Of a stretch of 64,000 nucleotides of DNA, positions 10,861 to 21,024 are shown in pieces. Location: the NCBI GenBank assembly GCA_019704295.1, contig AP024596.1, forward strand, positions 1,248,001 through 1,312,000, read 5' to 3'. Source of the DNA: Sulfolobales archaeon HS-7. Its GTDB lineage: Archaea > Thermoproteota > Thermoprotei_A > Sulfolobales > Sulfolobaceae. The notes beneath the pieces were generated by a model. That model was not told the DNA's origin. It did not search any database and was given only the letters and a program-made list of their open reading frames with translations. The translations under genes were made by a program, and so were the position numbers. The number at the start of each line of letters is the position of its first letter. Positions within the stretch are counted from its first letter, which is position 1.

Positions 10861-10892
10861 TATAATAAGGAAAAAATAATTACTTCCCTTTT

Positions 10893-13562
10893 TCAAATCA
10901 AATATTTAACTATAAGTAAAAGTACTGCCGCTGCGATCATTAACACGATGGCGACCACAAATAGGCTTTGATTACCACCTTGGATGGCCGAAGTTGCTGA
11001 AAACTCCACAAGAGTTATTTGGAATCCGTAATTACTCACAGGTATTGGAGACGCCCCTACCTCAGCTTCAGTAACAGGAGCGTAGAGGATTACCTTATAC
11101 TCATTACTTGTTAAAGATGGTCTCGAAATTCTGATCTTCACGTTGTTTACTCCAGGATGTAGAGTTACTAGACTAGAGTAGTTCTGTGGACCTGCCTGTA
11201 CGACGACGTTTACCGTTATACTTTCCTGCAACCCGTTGTAGATCTTTACATGTACGTTTCTCCCATCAACCGATGCGGACTTTATAGTTATGTTATTGAA
11301 GGCCGACTTTACCGCACTTACTATAGTATTAGAGTAAAGTAGGGCCTGTTCCATAAACCACGATGGTCCATTAGCGGGGGGTCCGGTTTGCCACGTCCAG
11401 TCACTTCCTTCCGCCACGTAGAGGTAATTCCATAAAGTGTTAATCTCAGTTGTGGAGTTCGGCGTTTCGTTGAATAAGATGGGAACTGTGGGCGAGATAG
11501 AGTCCCCGAGAAGTGCGGTATACGCTACTAAATACTCCCTCGCTAGAGACAAGTTACCCCATATGTAGATTTTGCCAGGGTATCCGTTGTTCCAGTAATC
11601 TAGATTGAGGTCCCAGGAGCTTTCAGGTAGATTTGTGATTATAGATGTGGGTTTATGGGTTTCAATTGCCTGTTGCGCAGTCTGTGTAACTAACCATGTC
11701 CCCTGATACTCGGAAAGGGATTGATATATCGCGTAAAGGTCGGAGGGGCCGGTCGTGGGATTAAATATGAGCGGGTTCTCACCATCGAGCGCTACTGTTA
11801 CTACACCCCCGGGATTGTTCATGTATATGGTAGCTAGTTGGTGGATGAGTTCCTCCGCAGTTAAAGAGGGAGATTGGCTGAAGAAATAGAAGCTGAAGTC
11901 GTTAGAGAGCGTAGTGTTCCTGAAGAGAACTATTATTCTCTGTCCAATACTGTTTTCCACTATAAATGGCTGATCGGGATTTAGCGTACCGTTTACTAAT
12001 GTGGAGTATGGTAGGAAAGCCTGCTGGTCCAGAATGGTGTAGCTAATGCCGGATTCGTTATAAAGCGTAACAAGTCCCATGTCGAACGCCATCTCAGGAG
12101 TCCAAGTTCCCTTAGCCCATACTCCGAAAACCCTATGAGTCATATTTCTTCCCATCTGTATTTGGGCTAACACGTCACTATACCATCCGTTATTAAGCAT
12201 TATGGCTTGGAGAGGATGATAGAAAGGTACTGTAAGGACGTCGACTTTCCCCTCTTGTACGAGCTGTTTGTAAAGGGAGAGCGTGTAGTTCGTTGCGTTA
12301 ATATCATGAGATACGTTTACTCCGAAATTCGAAGAGAAGGTGGGTGTACCTTCGTTGAGGATGGTCTCCCATTGATAAAGGAGTACGGGGGTGAAATCTA
12401 TTGTAACGTTAACGTTAAACTGTTTTATTAGCATGGCCTGAAGCTCATAAGATCCGACCAACTGACCGTTCCAATTGAAATCCTGTCCTGTGTGTAACCA
12501 CACCCAAGGCTGTTCCCACGTTCCGTTAGGTCCAATGTAAAGAGGTTGATGCATATTCCACACGATGACGAAACTCAGAGGCTTCTTTCCAGTTACATTG
12601 AGGATGTAAAGGGCGGGGAGGTTTGCCGTCCTTGTGAGCTCTGAACCTTGATAAACGTTGAGAGTGGGGTAAAATATTCCTTGTTGAAGGTAGTTTGGTA
12701 CTGTTACGTTGATGAGGTTATTTCCAGCTTGTAGGATTTCAGATACGTTATAGGTGTAGGAGTTGAATACGAATGAGAGGGTTACCGGGATCTGCTGGGC
12801 CTCTAAGTTATTGAGTTCAAGTGTAACTCCTATGCTCTGATTTGTCAAAAATACGTACCTTGTGTAATTTGCACCACTGAACTCTATTGGTGAGTAAACG
12901 TCCTGAATTGCGAAATTTGCACCATTACTCGCGTGGTAGTACACACCTGTGGTTGCGTCGAAGTAAACCCACTGAATCCACTGTCCTGGGGAGAACGGTC
13001 CTAGCAATACAGTGTAGTTACCGTAAAGAGGATTATATTTCATTATTGCATTAGAGATGTTACTCCAGGGTAAACCGGTCTGAGGACCTGTTGTTAAACC
13101 GTAGTGGATCGTAAAGTTATCTGGCGCTCTTCCTATTGCTGTGATCAGTATGGAACCGTTCTGTAATACCGTAGCGTAAGTGTAACCTACGTCTAAGGGA
13201 TTTACTTGTAAATTCCAGTTCCAGAATGGATGGTTATCGTAATTTATCCATGTACCTGTCGTGTTATCGTAAAATACCCAACCTATCCAAGTATTGTTCG
13301 GAAAAGGACCTATAGTTGCGGAAAAGTTGTGACCATTCCATTGCATTTGTTGGTTAAATACTTGTGTCCATGCCTGCTGAGGGCCATTTTCAATTCCATA
13401 ATGAAGAGTCACAGTGTCGCTACTCGATGGACCTGAGATGTAAATCATAACATACCCACTAGTGGTTACGGTAAAGTTTACCTGATAACTCGTTTGAGCG
13501 ATAAGAATCGGTGTTATTACGGAAAGGAATAGAAATCCCAGAAAAAGGAATACTTTTCTCAT
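10893..13562 (-). CDS. Secreted, membrane-anchored GH57 glycoside hydrolase (amylopullulanase/alpha-amylase type)
   Basis: Signal peptide; GH57 motifs WNMHQP, PFYHP, WTPEMAF (nucleophile E), ALDGEN (acid/base D) and AEGSDWTW; C-terminal TM helix. Confidence 0.9.
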   Translation of the reverse strand: MRKVFLFLGFLFLSVITPILIAQTSYQVNFTVTTSGYVMIYISGPSSSDTVTLHYGIENGPQQAWTQVFNQQMQWNGHNFSATIGPFPNNTWIGWVFYDNTTGTWINYDNHPFWNWNLQVNPLDVGYTYATVLQNGSILITAIGRAPDNFTIHYGLTTGPQTGLPWSNISNAIMKYNPLYGNYTVLLGPFSPGQWIQWVYFDATTGVYYHASNGANFAIQDVYSPIEFSGANYTRYVFLTNQSIGVTLELNNLEAQQIPVTLSFVFNSYTYNVSEILQAGNNLINVTVPNYLQQGIFYPTLNVYQGSELTRTANLPALYILNVTGKKPLSFVIVWNMHQPLYIGPNGTWEQPWVWLHTGQDFNWNGQLVGSYELQAMLIKQFNVNVTIDFTPVLLYQWETILNEGTPTFSSNFGVNVSHDINATNYTLSLYKQLVQEGKVDVLTVPFYHPLQAIMLNNGWYSDVLAQIQMGRNMTHRVFGVWAKGTWTPEMAFDMGLVTLYNESGISYTILDQQAFLPYSTLVNGTLNPDQPFIVENSIGQRIIVLFRNTTLSNDFSFYFFSQSPSLTAEELIHQLATIYMNNPGGVVTVALDGENPLIFNPTTGPSDLYAIYQSLSEYQGTWLVTQTAQQAIETHKPTSIITNLPESSWDLNLDYWNNGYPGKIYIWGNLSLAREYLVAYTALLGDSISPTVPILFNETPNSTTEINTLWNYLYVAEGSDWTWQTGPPANGPSWFMEQALLYSNTIVSAVKSAFNNITIKSASVDGRNVHVKIYNGLQESITVNVVVQAGPQNYSSLVTLHPGVNNVKIRISRPSLTSNEYKVILYAPVTEAEVGASPIPVSNYGFQITLVEFSATSAIQGGNQSLFVVAIVLMIAAAVLLLIVKYLI

Positions 13563-14343
13563 TTATAGGACTGAAATAGTGTAACTTTTTAAAATTAATG
13601 AGTATTAACTAATTCATGTCGTAAGTGTAAAAGTCTAGGATACTCTATTAAACTACCCTACCGGTAGAACTTTAATTATTGGGCCGTAAAATCAAGAGGG
13701 AAAGGCTTAAAATGAGGAGCACATATTACTCATGGACAAGCGTGATAATTGGTACCCTCTGCCGCATTAGTTTTGATGTTACTTCTCAATATAGAGTTCA
13801 AGAAAAGAAAATCGGCTAGCGATAACTCTGATCCTAGCTTTTCTTTGAGGGATTTAGTACGGGAGACAATAACTAAATTTCAGCCGAAAAATTCGCGTTG
13901 AGGAACAGCGTACTCGCTCGGGTAAAAACCCTTAGGAGGGCTAGGAAATTCTAGTTAAGTCGTCTTAAGATAGGCCTATCCATTGCGTATATTACAAGGT
14001 TGAAGAGAGGAATAGGGCTGTGTCATGGATAGAGAAAGGAGGTACTTTAGTGCAACCTTCGCTCTAGTGAAAGCTCAAATGTAAAGGTTCCCTACGGCAG
14101 TATGTTTCAATTTGAGGTAAACGTCATAGCCCTTGCTCAGGCCTTTTCACGTTCAGGACACCCTACCTCCTAATTTAAGTACTTATCCAAGGAAGGCTAA
14201 AAGTCTACGACGAATTTGACGTTGGGGAAAAATAGGATAAAACGGGTAGCCTTCGTGTTGATGGTCCACGTTACGGTAACTCACGTTAGAATCGCTACCT
14301 AACTCGGTACTCCAAGGCGCTACACGCTTCGCCTCTAACATAG

Positions 14344-15417
14344 CTATGGAAACAGCGTGTTCAAAACACTACTTACGTTAACGTCGTAGTCCTTGACGTT
14401 CTTACCCTTGATCAACTTCGACCTCTTTGTAACTAAACCCCTGTACACGCGATCCACTAGAACGTGGTAGCTTATGCTGGCGAGCTTCCCCGCGAGCGCA
14501 CAAGTTACCTCAACACTACTTTTTTAGTGATGAGCCTCTCGTAGAAATCCGCAAAAGGTCCACGCCTAGCTATCCTAGCGGACAAGTAAAATGCCCTTCG
14601 CAAGTACTTGTTACCCTCTATCCACGTGGGACTTGCTATTTCCGCTCTGCTTAGTCCTTGGGGCACGCGTAAGCTCTCGCAGCCTTGGAACTTAGAAAAC
14701 GAGAGACGTCGCCGAACTCATCGTAGATCGTCGCAGCGGTTTAACTCCGGGGATCTTGGAGAGCTCTACAACTTCTTGCGGGATTTTCGAAAGTATTGCT
14801 TTCTCGACGCCATCATGTCCTCTAGTTGCTTTAACAGCTCCGCAAGCTGTTCAAGCTAGCCTCTCGGCTCGATTCAGTGTTTACCCCAATTTCTCGCCTA
14901 ACTCCCTCTTGCCCTTCTGCTTTAACTCTCCCTTGGACAGCTTCTCAAGCAGTTCCCCTCTTATTGAAAAGCTCTAACTTATACCGAGCGGTCTCTAGAA
15001 TTTTCCTTATCTCGTCACTTGCGCCTCTTTCTCCACAAGGCTTGTCCTGTATCTTGTTAGCTCCCTTATCTCCCCGTCAGGTATGAACCTTTGACTACTC
15101 CCGTCATGAAGGCCGTTACAAACCTTTGCGCGTCCAGTCCATCTTCTTCCCGAGTATTTCGGACAAATGTAGGGTTAACTACCGTTACCTTGAATCCTCT
15201 CTGAGTTTCTCGTGCAGGTAGTAGAAGGGCCTGTAGCCTCCATTATTCCCTCCCTGTAATCGCTAAGGAATTTCACGAGCTCCTCTATCCCCTCGTTGTC
15301 GTTTTTGATTCCCTCCTTGATTGAATACGGATTTCCCTTGTTCCACTAGAAGTTCTCCCTTTGCCACAGTTAACTCTCGGATATGTCTATCGCGAAGCCC
15401 TTGGTAACGACTTCCAT
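14344..15417 (-). mobile_element. IS110-family recombinase pseudogene
   Basis: Fragments read MEVVTKGFAIDIS (first DEDD Asp), P-x-x-x-QSG (catalytic Ser region), GNKYLRRAFY and CALAGKLA; many stops and frameshifts. Confidence 0.85.
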
Positions 15418-15579
15418 GGTGTATCTTGCTCACTCGTGAAATATTACCTTAACTAGTGTAATACCGTCTCCCTCGTTTCATAGCACCAGCTACCGTCAAC
15501 CCCTAGAGAAACTTGTTACAACCTCGGGGGTTCTATCCCCTCTTGTGTTCTAGAGACATCACAGCCAGCCTCTTCTACG

Positions 15580-16110
15580 GGGTTTTCCCTCCATTGGGTC
15601 GGCCTTACCTTGTTTTGCCCTTGTCGCCTTACATGCTTAACTCACGTAATACTTGTTTTATCTCCATAACTAGTGGTACGCGTTTTCCCCGTGGAAGTTC
15701 CCCTAACTTTTTCCCTTGTCTTACAAGGGATATATTCCCTTCCTCTATCCCCAAGAGGAGGGATAAGTCCATTATATAATGTTACGGAGTTAGAGAAAAT
15801 CTTCTTGAACAATTCCTCTGCAATCAATGAGGGACTTATCCCTTGCCTTAATTTCCCTCACAGCAAGATTGAGGATGTCCCTCGCTCAATCTCTGACGTC
15901 CTCATTTCTACCCACTTGATACTACCAAAGATAAGATATTATTATAGGCATAAAAACTAGGTTGCCTACCTTTCTCTAACATAGAAATTTATTATTTCTT
16001 CACTTAGATGGAAATTTAGCTAAGCTCCGCTCTAGATAACGAGACTTTTTAACTTTTTGAAATTGTCTCATATTTAGTAAAAATGACGAAATATGGCTAG
16101 CTTTAGGTGA
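15580..16110 (-). mobile_element. Fragment of ISH3/IS4-like element
   Basis: DNA similarity to the 5' part of 31230-32617 (agggacttatccc) and to 36535-36710 and 43400-43580 (ggggaaaac.cgta). Confidence 0.55.
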
Positions 16111-16252
16111 TTTAGGTTTCCACTGCGGATCGTAATTATTGCAGATAAGTACTAAATAAAGGGAAGTATTAAGTGCGAACTCCATCAGTCGATACGATAA
16201 TATAAATTCATTTGAATTTGCTAAATAAATTAGATTCACTATAGAGGCTTAA
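16110..16252 (+). repeat. MITE-like repeat family B, copy 5
   Basis: ggtttccactgcggatcgtaatt ... taaataaagggaagtattaagtgc ... ctaaataaattagattcac. Confidence 0.6.
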
Positions 16253-16405
16253 ATGGTTCTGGCTTTATTGGGAATTTAAATAATTGCTACATAAGGAGAA
16301 ATTACATTGAGGTAGATAATCTAAATGTATAATGGAGTTTAAACAAGGAAAAAATAATAAAGGGACTTACCACCCCATTTTAAATTAACATAAGTATGTT
16401 TATAA

Positions 16406-19400
16406 TCATATAACAATCTCGTATATCTGTCCATTACTGTTTAGCATATAACTGTTAGTCTGTAAAATCACTGGCACCCAGGTGTTAAACCCATTAAATA
16501 GCAAGACCGGTAGTGAGGTTGACGTCATTGTTGTCTCATTAAAGGTAAGCGCTGGAAATCCTGTTTCTACTCCTTCTAATGGGTATAGAGGTTCGGCATA
16601 TGTAGGGGATACTACGTGACAAGCAGCGCCCAAAAACGAACTCGATAACGAATTGGGATAAAATATGTTGGAGCTTGAGGGTAGATAACCGTCGCTTGAA
16701 GACATGAACATTACAGGATATTGTCCCACACCGAAGACGTACGATGATTGTACACCTACGTACTTTGTGTGAATCTCGACGCCGGTACTGTTTAGAACTT
16801 GTCCTCCAATGAAGGGAATCTGTTCTCCTAATGATTGGTAAATGTATCCCTGAATCTCCATAGCGAGGTTTAAAATATTCGATTGTGCAGCCATTTGTAG
16901 GCTCGGATCGTTAAGACCGCTCATTCGATTCAGCTCGTTTAGCATTGCGTTAGAGGAATAATCTACATCACTCTTTAACGTTAATAGTTGTTGAATATTT
17001 ACCCTATAATCCTTAAAGGAAGTCAAATCGTTCATGGAGTTAATTATGTTATCAATTGACGACTCTTCTTGAGATATGCACGATTGTATTGAACCCGAGT
17101 TCTGCTCTGCTAACATGGAAAGTACTTTCTGTCCCGCCGTTTCTATTCGATTTACCGAGTTCATTGTTTGTAAATAAGCTTGATAAACTTGGTAACTTCC
17201 TCCATATCCAATACCATTTATTATGTTTCCGAAAGTACTCTCCTGGTCCATAAATGAGGATAGAAGCTGCTGATTTATACCGCTATATAGCGCATTCATC
17301 AGATATTCTCCTGACGGTAGTAAAGATGTATATCCTGCCGTGGAAAGAAGTAGACCTATATTACTACCTAAATTCGCCCAGTATTCGTTAATGTTCTGAG
17401 CGGTGTAATTAAGGGCTGAGATTGCGCCGTACTCTCCGATACCATTCCCAAACCATCCCATATCGCACAAAAACGATGATAACCCAGGAACTCCCTCTAT
17501 TTCACTAAGCGCCTTATATACTGAGGACGTTCCAACATACCCAGATCCAATATCCGACATGATAGGTTGTATACCAAGATCGGATGAAAACTCAAAGTAA
17601 TCCCAAGGTTTAGGTGCGTTCGATAACTCCAGGAATGCCTGGATATTCTCTCCGTTAACTATAATTATTGGAACGGGTACTGCGACTCCATTGGAGTTTT
17701 GTTTATATGTTATTGGAGTCGAAATGCTAATTTGTTCCTGGTATACGAAAGCTCGTCCATTATTGTAATTAAGTCCAATTACCCCGATAGGAGAGTTTGA
17801 AGTTTGTGTTAAGCACAATCCTCCGTAGGAAAACCCGCTGACGTCTAGTTCAGCGATTGCGCCTGCAGGTATTCCGATTTTCTCTTTAGATGAAGAACTT
17901 AGCACGGAGCTTAACCCGGAGCTAGTCATGTTTATCTTGTACGTTTCTCCACCCTGTACAACAATTCCAGTAACATTCAGGAATGGTGAAAATATTGTTA
18001 TATTTGCAGTCCAGTTTTCAAGTGAGGGCGGGATTTTTAGGAAATTGAATACAACTGATGTCGGATTTATTACTGGTAACAATACTTCCTGAGAAAATTG
18101 TTCAAACGTCGAGCTAGTGTAGGATAAGAGATTTAGAGTTCCCCCAGTTCCATTCAGCAGCACCAGTGGACAATTCGAGGGCTCCGTAAAATTGCCCGTT
18201 ATATTGGAGAAGGCGTTGTACGGATAGGGTTCTCCCTCAATTAACAGTAACGTGTTGGCTGGAAAAGTCAGAACATTTTCTGTAGACACTACGCATGACG
18301 ACATGCCGTTAGAAACTAATACTATGCCGTTCATATTCGTACCTACAAATTCATTGACCTGTTTACTTCCCGAATACATCGCTATCACGTTAGTATTTCT
18401 ATTTACGATTATTGATAGGAATGCGTACCTCGATGGTAAATTATTTACACTGGATGGAAGCTGTCCATAGGACGAATATGTTCTGCTATATGTAACCCCG
18501 TTTACATTCCAACCGTTAGATGTAATAGAATTTATCCACGAATTGGAACTTATATTGAACTCATACTCATAGGGAACGAACGCTACTCCCTTCTGTCCAG
18601 GATTAACGGAAATTGTTTCATTCGTTCCCGTCAACGCATTTATAAACGAGGCCTGTAGAAACGAATCTCCCTGACTTGCAAAGGTAACCTCCTCTATAGG
18701 TCTCATGTAAATATTTCCTCTGTAAACCGTATCAGAGGATGTCACAGATGAGCTCAATGTATTCGGCGTGAAGCACGTAAAGTTCCTGAACAAATTATTG
18801 GAAAATGTCCCAATTCCTAAGTAGTTTAGTCGGGCATTGTAGGTGGGAGTTATAAAGGTCCATGAGTCGTTGTAATTCGTGTAGCCTGGAATATTTGGTA
18901 AATTAACTGGGGGGGGATTAGAACTTGAGTAAGTGAAATTGGCCTCTGAAACGCCCGAGGCATAAACGTTCTGATTTGATGCAATATTTTTGAAAGTTAT
19001 ATGCATAACCTGGAATTTATCATTTACTCTAACTATATTGTTATATATTGCAATTTCCGTTATGATCAAAGGACCATCTGGTGGAATGAAAGCTGGAATG
19101 TAGAGAGTCCCAACATATCCTATAGGAAAGTTGTGTACATATCCGCACAAGTTGACGCAATTATCTTCAGCGAAGTATAAATAGATGATATCACCGTTAT
19201 CCGTAAAACCACAAGGGATGGGAAGAGTGGCAGGATGAACAGAATAGCGTCCACGATAAGGTCCTGCCCACGATGACGGATAACTTGTCACACATCCTCT
19301 ATCTGTACCGGAATCATAATATGTCACGAACGCAGGTCCATTAGCTAATTCGCTGAATGGGGGGTAAATAGTTATCCCATATGCCAACCATGGACTTGGA

Positions 19401-20653
19401 AGGTATGAACTCCTCGACATATTGACATTACATATTCCGTCTTCTGGAAAACTAACACTTACGGTCCCTCCTAATGGATATCCAGGGGGATGATTAAATA
19501 CGAAGTATATCGGATCAACGAACTCAGGAGGTGCCCCCGTAAGAGTAAACCACGTTTCAGGTTCTGGTAGAAAAGGTGGAGCACCTTCATCCAGATAGGT
19601 ATTATGAGTTCCATAATGTGGAAATATTACCACGCGAGGTCGTATATTTGATATATATGGTACGCATCCTTTCCCTATGTAAACGACCACCTCGTTAGTG
19701 TCATTAGACGCATTAACATATTTGTAACTGGCAAACAGTGAACGTATTTCCCACTTTTCGAAATTAAATCCGTGACCCGTCAGTCCAGTATCCGCTCTTG
19801 CCATTGCTTCCAAATTCAGAAGTGTTCCATTTGGGATTAGGAAAGTTTTATAATAATTTTTATAATTATAAAATTCGGATATAGAAGGACGAATATAATA
19901 CTGATTTCCTCCTGACGAATCGAGGTAACTACATCCAAAAAGTGATGGTATGCCAGGGTATATTGTTGGCACGCACGGAATGGGTGATATAAATACAACA
20001 CAAATTGATAGATTTACGTTGGATTGTTGTTTTTGTATGAAGTTTTCCTGGCTTAAAAGCCCCATTTGATTCTTAAGTAAAGATGCAATGCTTCCCTGTA
20101 TCTGATTCTGATCGTTACCTAGTTTAAAGTATTGGGGAGTTGGAGGGGCGGGATACCAGAAAATTTTTCCTGTGGATGTTACGAATCCTACTACACCCGT
20201 AATGTAAGGCACGGCAATCTCTTCCCCAGGGTTGAGTAATAGTTTATTGTTAACATTTTGACCGTTGGTGAAGAATGTAAACGCGCTAGATAAGGGAAGA
20301 CTGCACTGTCTCAATCCCTTAGGTATCTGCAGAGACGACGTAGATGATAATGATGCATAATACGGGATGCATGAAGCAGGGTTGTTAAAATCTATTATTA
20401 AAGGCTGGGAATCTGGCGTCGAGTAATACATTATACCTACAACGCAAAATGGAACATTACCACTGTTTACTAAAAATGCCAGAGTCCCATCTCCAAACAC
20501 GTTACCTTCGGTTTGCGAGGCTTGAGATTCTGTGTAAAGAGAAACCTGTGAGGCCTGTAACGAACCCTGATACAAATATAAATAAGCTGCTAATGCGCTC
20601 AGAATGACTAACAACAATAAAGCGATCCCAATTATCCCCAAAACATCATTCAT
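16406..20653 (-). CDS. Giant (1415 aa) pilin-headed extracellular protein A, putative pilus tip component
   Basis: N-terminal TM helix, pilin-like globular domain (NSGN.P..VVGI...LNPGE...VGFVTSTG), many N-x-S/T sequons and a C-terminal helical domain; paralog of 44374-48684; directly downstream of the ATPase/platform genes. Confidence 0.8.
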   Translation of the reverse strand: MNDVLGIIGIALLLLVILSALAAYLYLYQGSLQASQVSLYTESQASQTEGNVFGDGTLAFLVNSGNVPFCVVGIMYYSTPDSQPLIIDFNNPASCIPYYASLSSTSSLQIPKGLRQCSLPLSSAFTFFTNGQNVNNKLLLNPGEEIAVPYITGVVGFVTSTGKIFWYPAPPTPQYFKLGNDQNQIQGSIASLLKNQMGLLSQENFIQKQQSNVNLSICVVFISPIPCVPTIYPGIPSLFGCSYLDSSGGNQYYIRPSISEFYNYKNYYKTFLIPNGTLLNLEAMARADTGLTGHGFNFEKWEIRSLFASYKYVNASNDTNEVVVYIGKGCVPYISNIRPRVVIFPHYGTHNTYLDEGAPPFLPEPETWFTLTGAPPEFVDPIYFVFNHPPGYPLGGTVSVSFPEDGICNVNMSRSSYLPSPWLAYGITIYPPFSELANGPAFVTYYDSGTDRGCVTSYPSSWAGPYRGRYSVHPATLPIPCGFTDNGDIIYLYFAEDNCVNLCGYVHNFPIGYVGTLYIPAFIPPDGPLIITEIAIYNNIVRVNDKFQVMHITFKNIASNQNVYASGVSEANFTYSSSNPPPVNLPNIPGYTNYNDSWTFITPTYNARLNYLGIGTFSNNLFRNFTCFTPNTLSSSVTSSDTVYRGNIYMRPIEEVTFASQGDSFLQASFINALTGTNETISVNPGQKGVAFVPYEYEFNISSNSWINSITSNGWNVNGVTYSRTYSSYGQLPSSVNNLPSRYAFLSIIVNRNTNVIAMYSGSKQVNEFVGTNMNGIVLVSNGMSSCVVSTENVLTFPANTLLLIEGEPYPYNAFSNITGNFTEPSNCPLVLLNGTGGTLNLLSYTSSTFEQFSQEVLLPVINPTSVVFNFLKIPPSLENWTANITIFSPFLNVTGIVVQGGETYKINMTSSGLSSVLSSSSKEKIGIPAGAIAELDVSGFSYGGLCLTQTSNSPIGVIGLNYNNGRAFVYQEQISISTPITYKQNSNGVAVPVPIIIVNGENIQAFLELSNAPKPWDYFEFSSDLGIQPIMSDIGSGYVGTSSVYKALSEIEGVPGLSSFLCDMGWFGNGIGEYGAISALNYTAQNINEYWANLGSNIGLLLSTAGYTSLLPSGEYLMNALYSGINQQLLSSFMDQESTFGNIINGIGYGGSYQVYQAYLQTMNSVNRIETAGQKVLSMLAEQNSGSIQSCISQEESSIDNIINSMNDLTSFKDYRVNIQQLLTLKSDVDYSSNAMLNELNRMSGLNDPSLQMAAQSNILNLAMEIQGYIYQSLGEQIPFIGGQVLNSTGVEIHTKYVGVQSSYVFGVGQYPVMFMSSSDGYLPSSSNIFYPNSLSSSFLGAACHVVSPTYAEPLYPLEGVETGFPALTFNETTMTSTSLPVLLFNGFNTWVPVILQTNSYMLNSNGQIYEIVI

Positions 20654-20674
20654 TCTGCCAAAAATTAAATACTT

Positions 20675-20695
20675 AATGGATATTTAAACTTTGTT
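20675..20695 (-). promoter_or_regulatory. Putative BRE/TATA for giant protein A
   Basis: Minus strand reads aacaaagTTTAAATA about 30 nt upstream of the ATG. Confidence 0.5.
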
Positions 20696-21024
20696 ATTTG
20701 AAGATCATGACCTTTTTATTAAAAATTCCGTAAGTAAAGGCTAACATAAGCTCAATCCCTCAAAACTTCCCTAATTTACCTAAGTAATGTTAATGTTTTT
20801 TGAGGAAACTTCACTAAAGTATTTCAAATAGTATATATATATTCTTTCCTTTTTTTGGACTTTTATGTATGAACAATTAAAGAAGTTCAAATTATAATTA
20901 GTCCCACCGATAACGCTAGTTATTCAAAAATTGGAAAATCGCCATTCTTAATATAAAAGGAGCCCCCAGAGAACTCAGGAAACATAAAAAAATAGCGGCG
21001 CGAACCCTTAAAGATAAATTGGCT

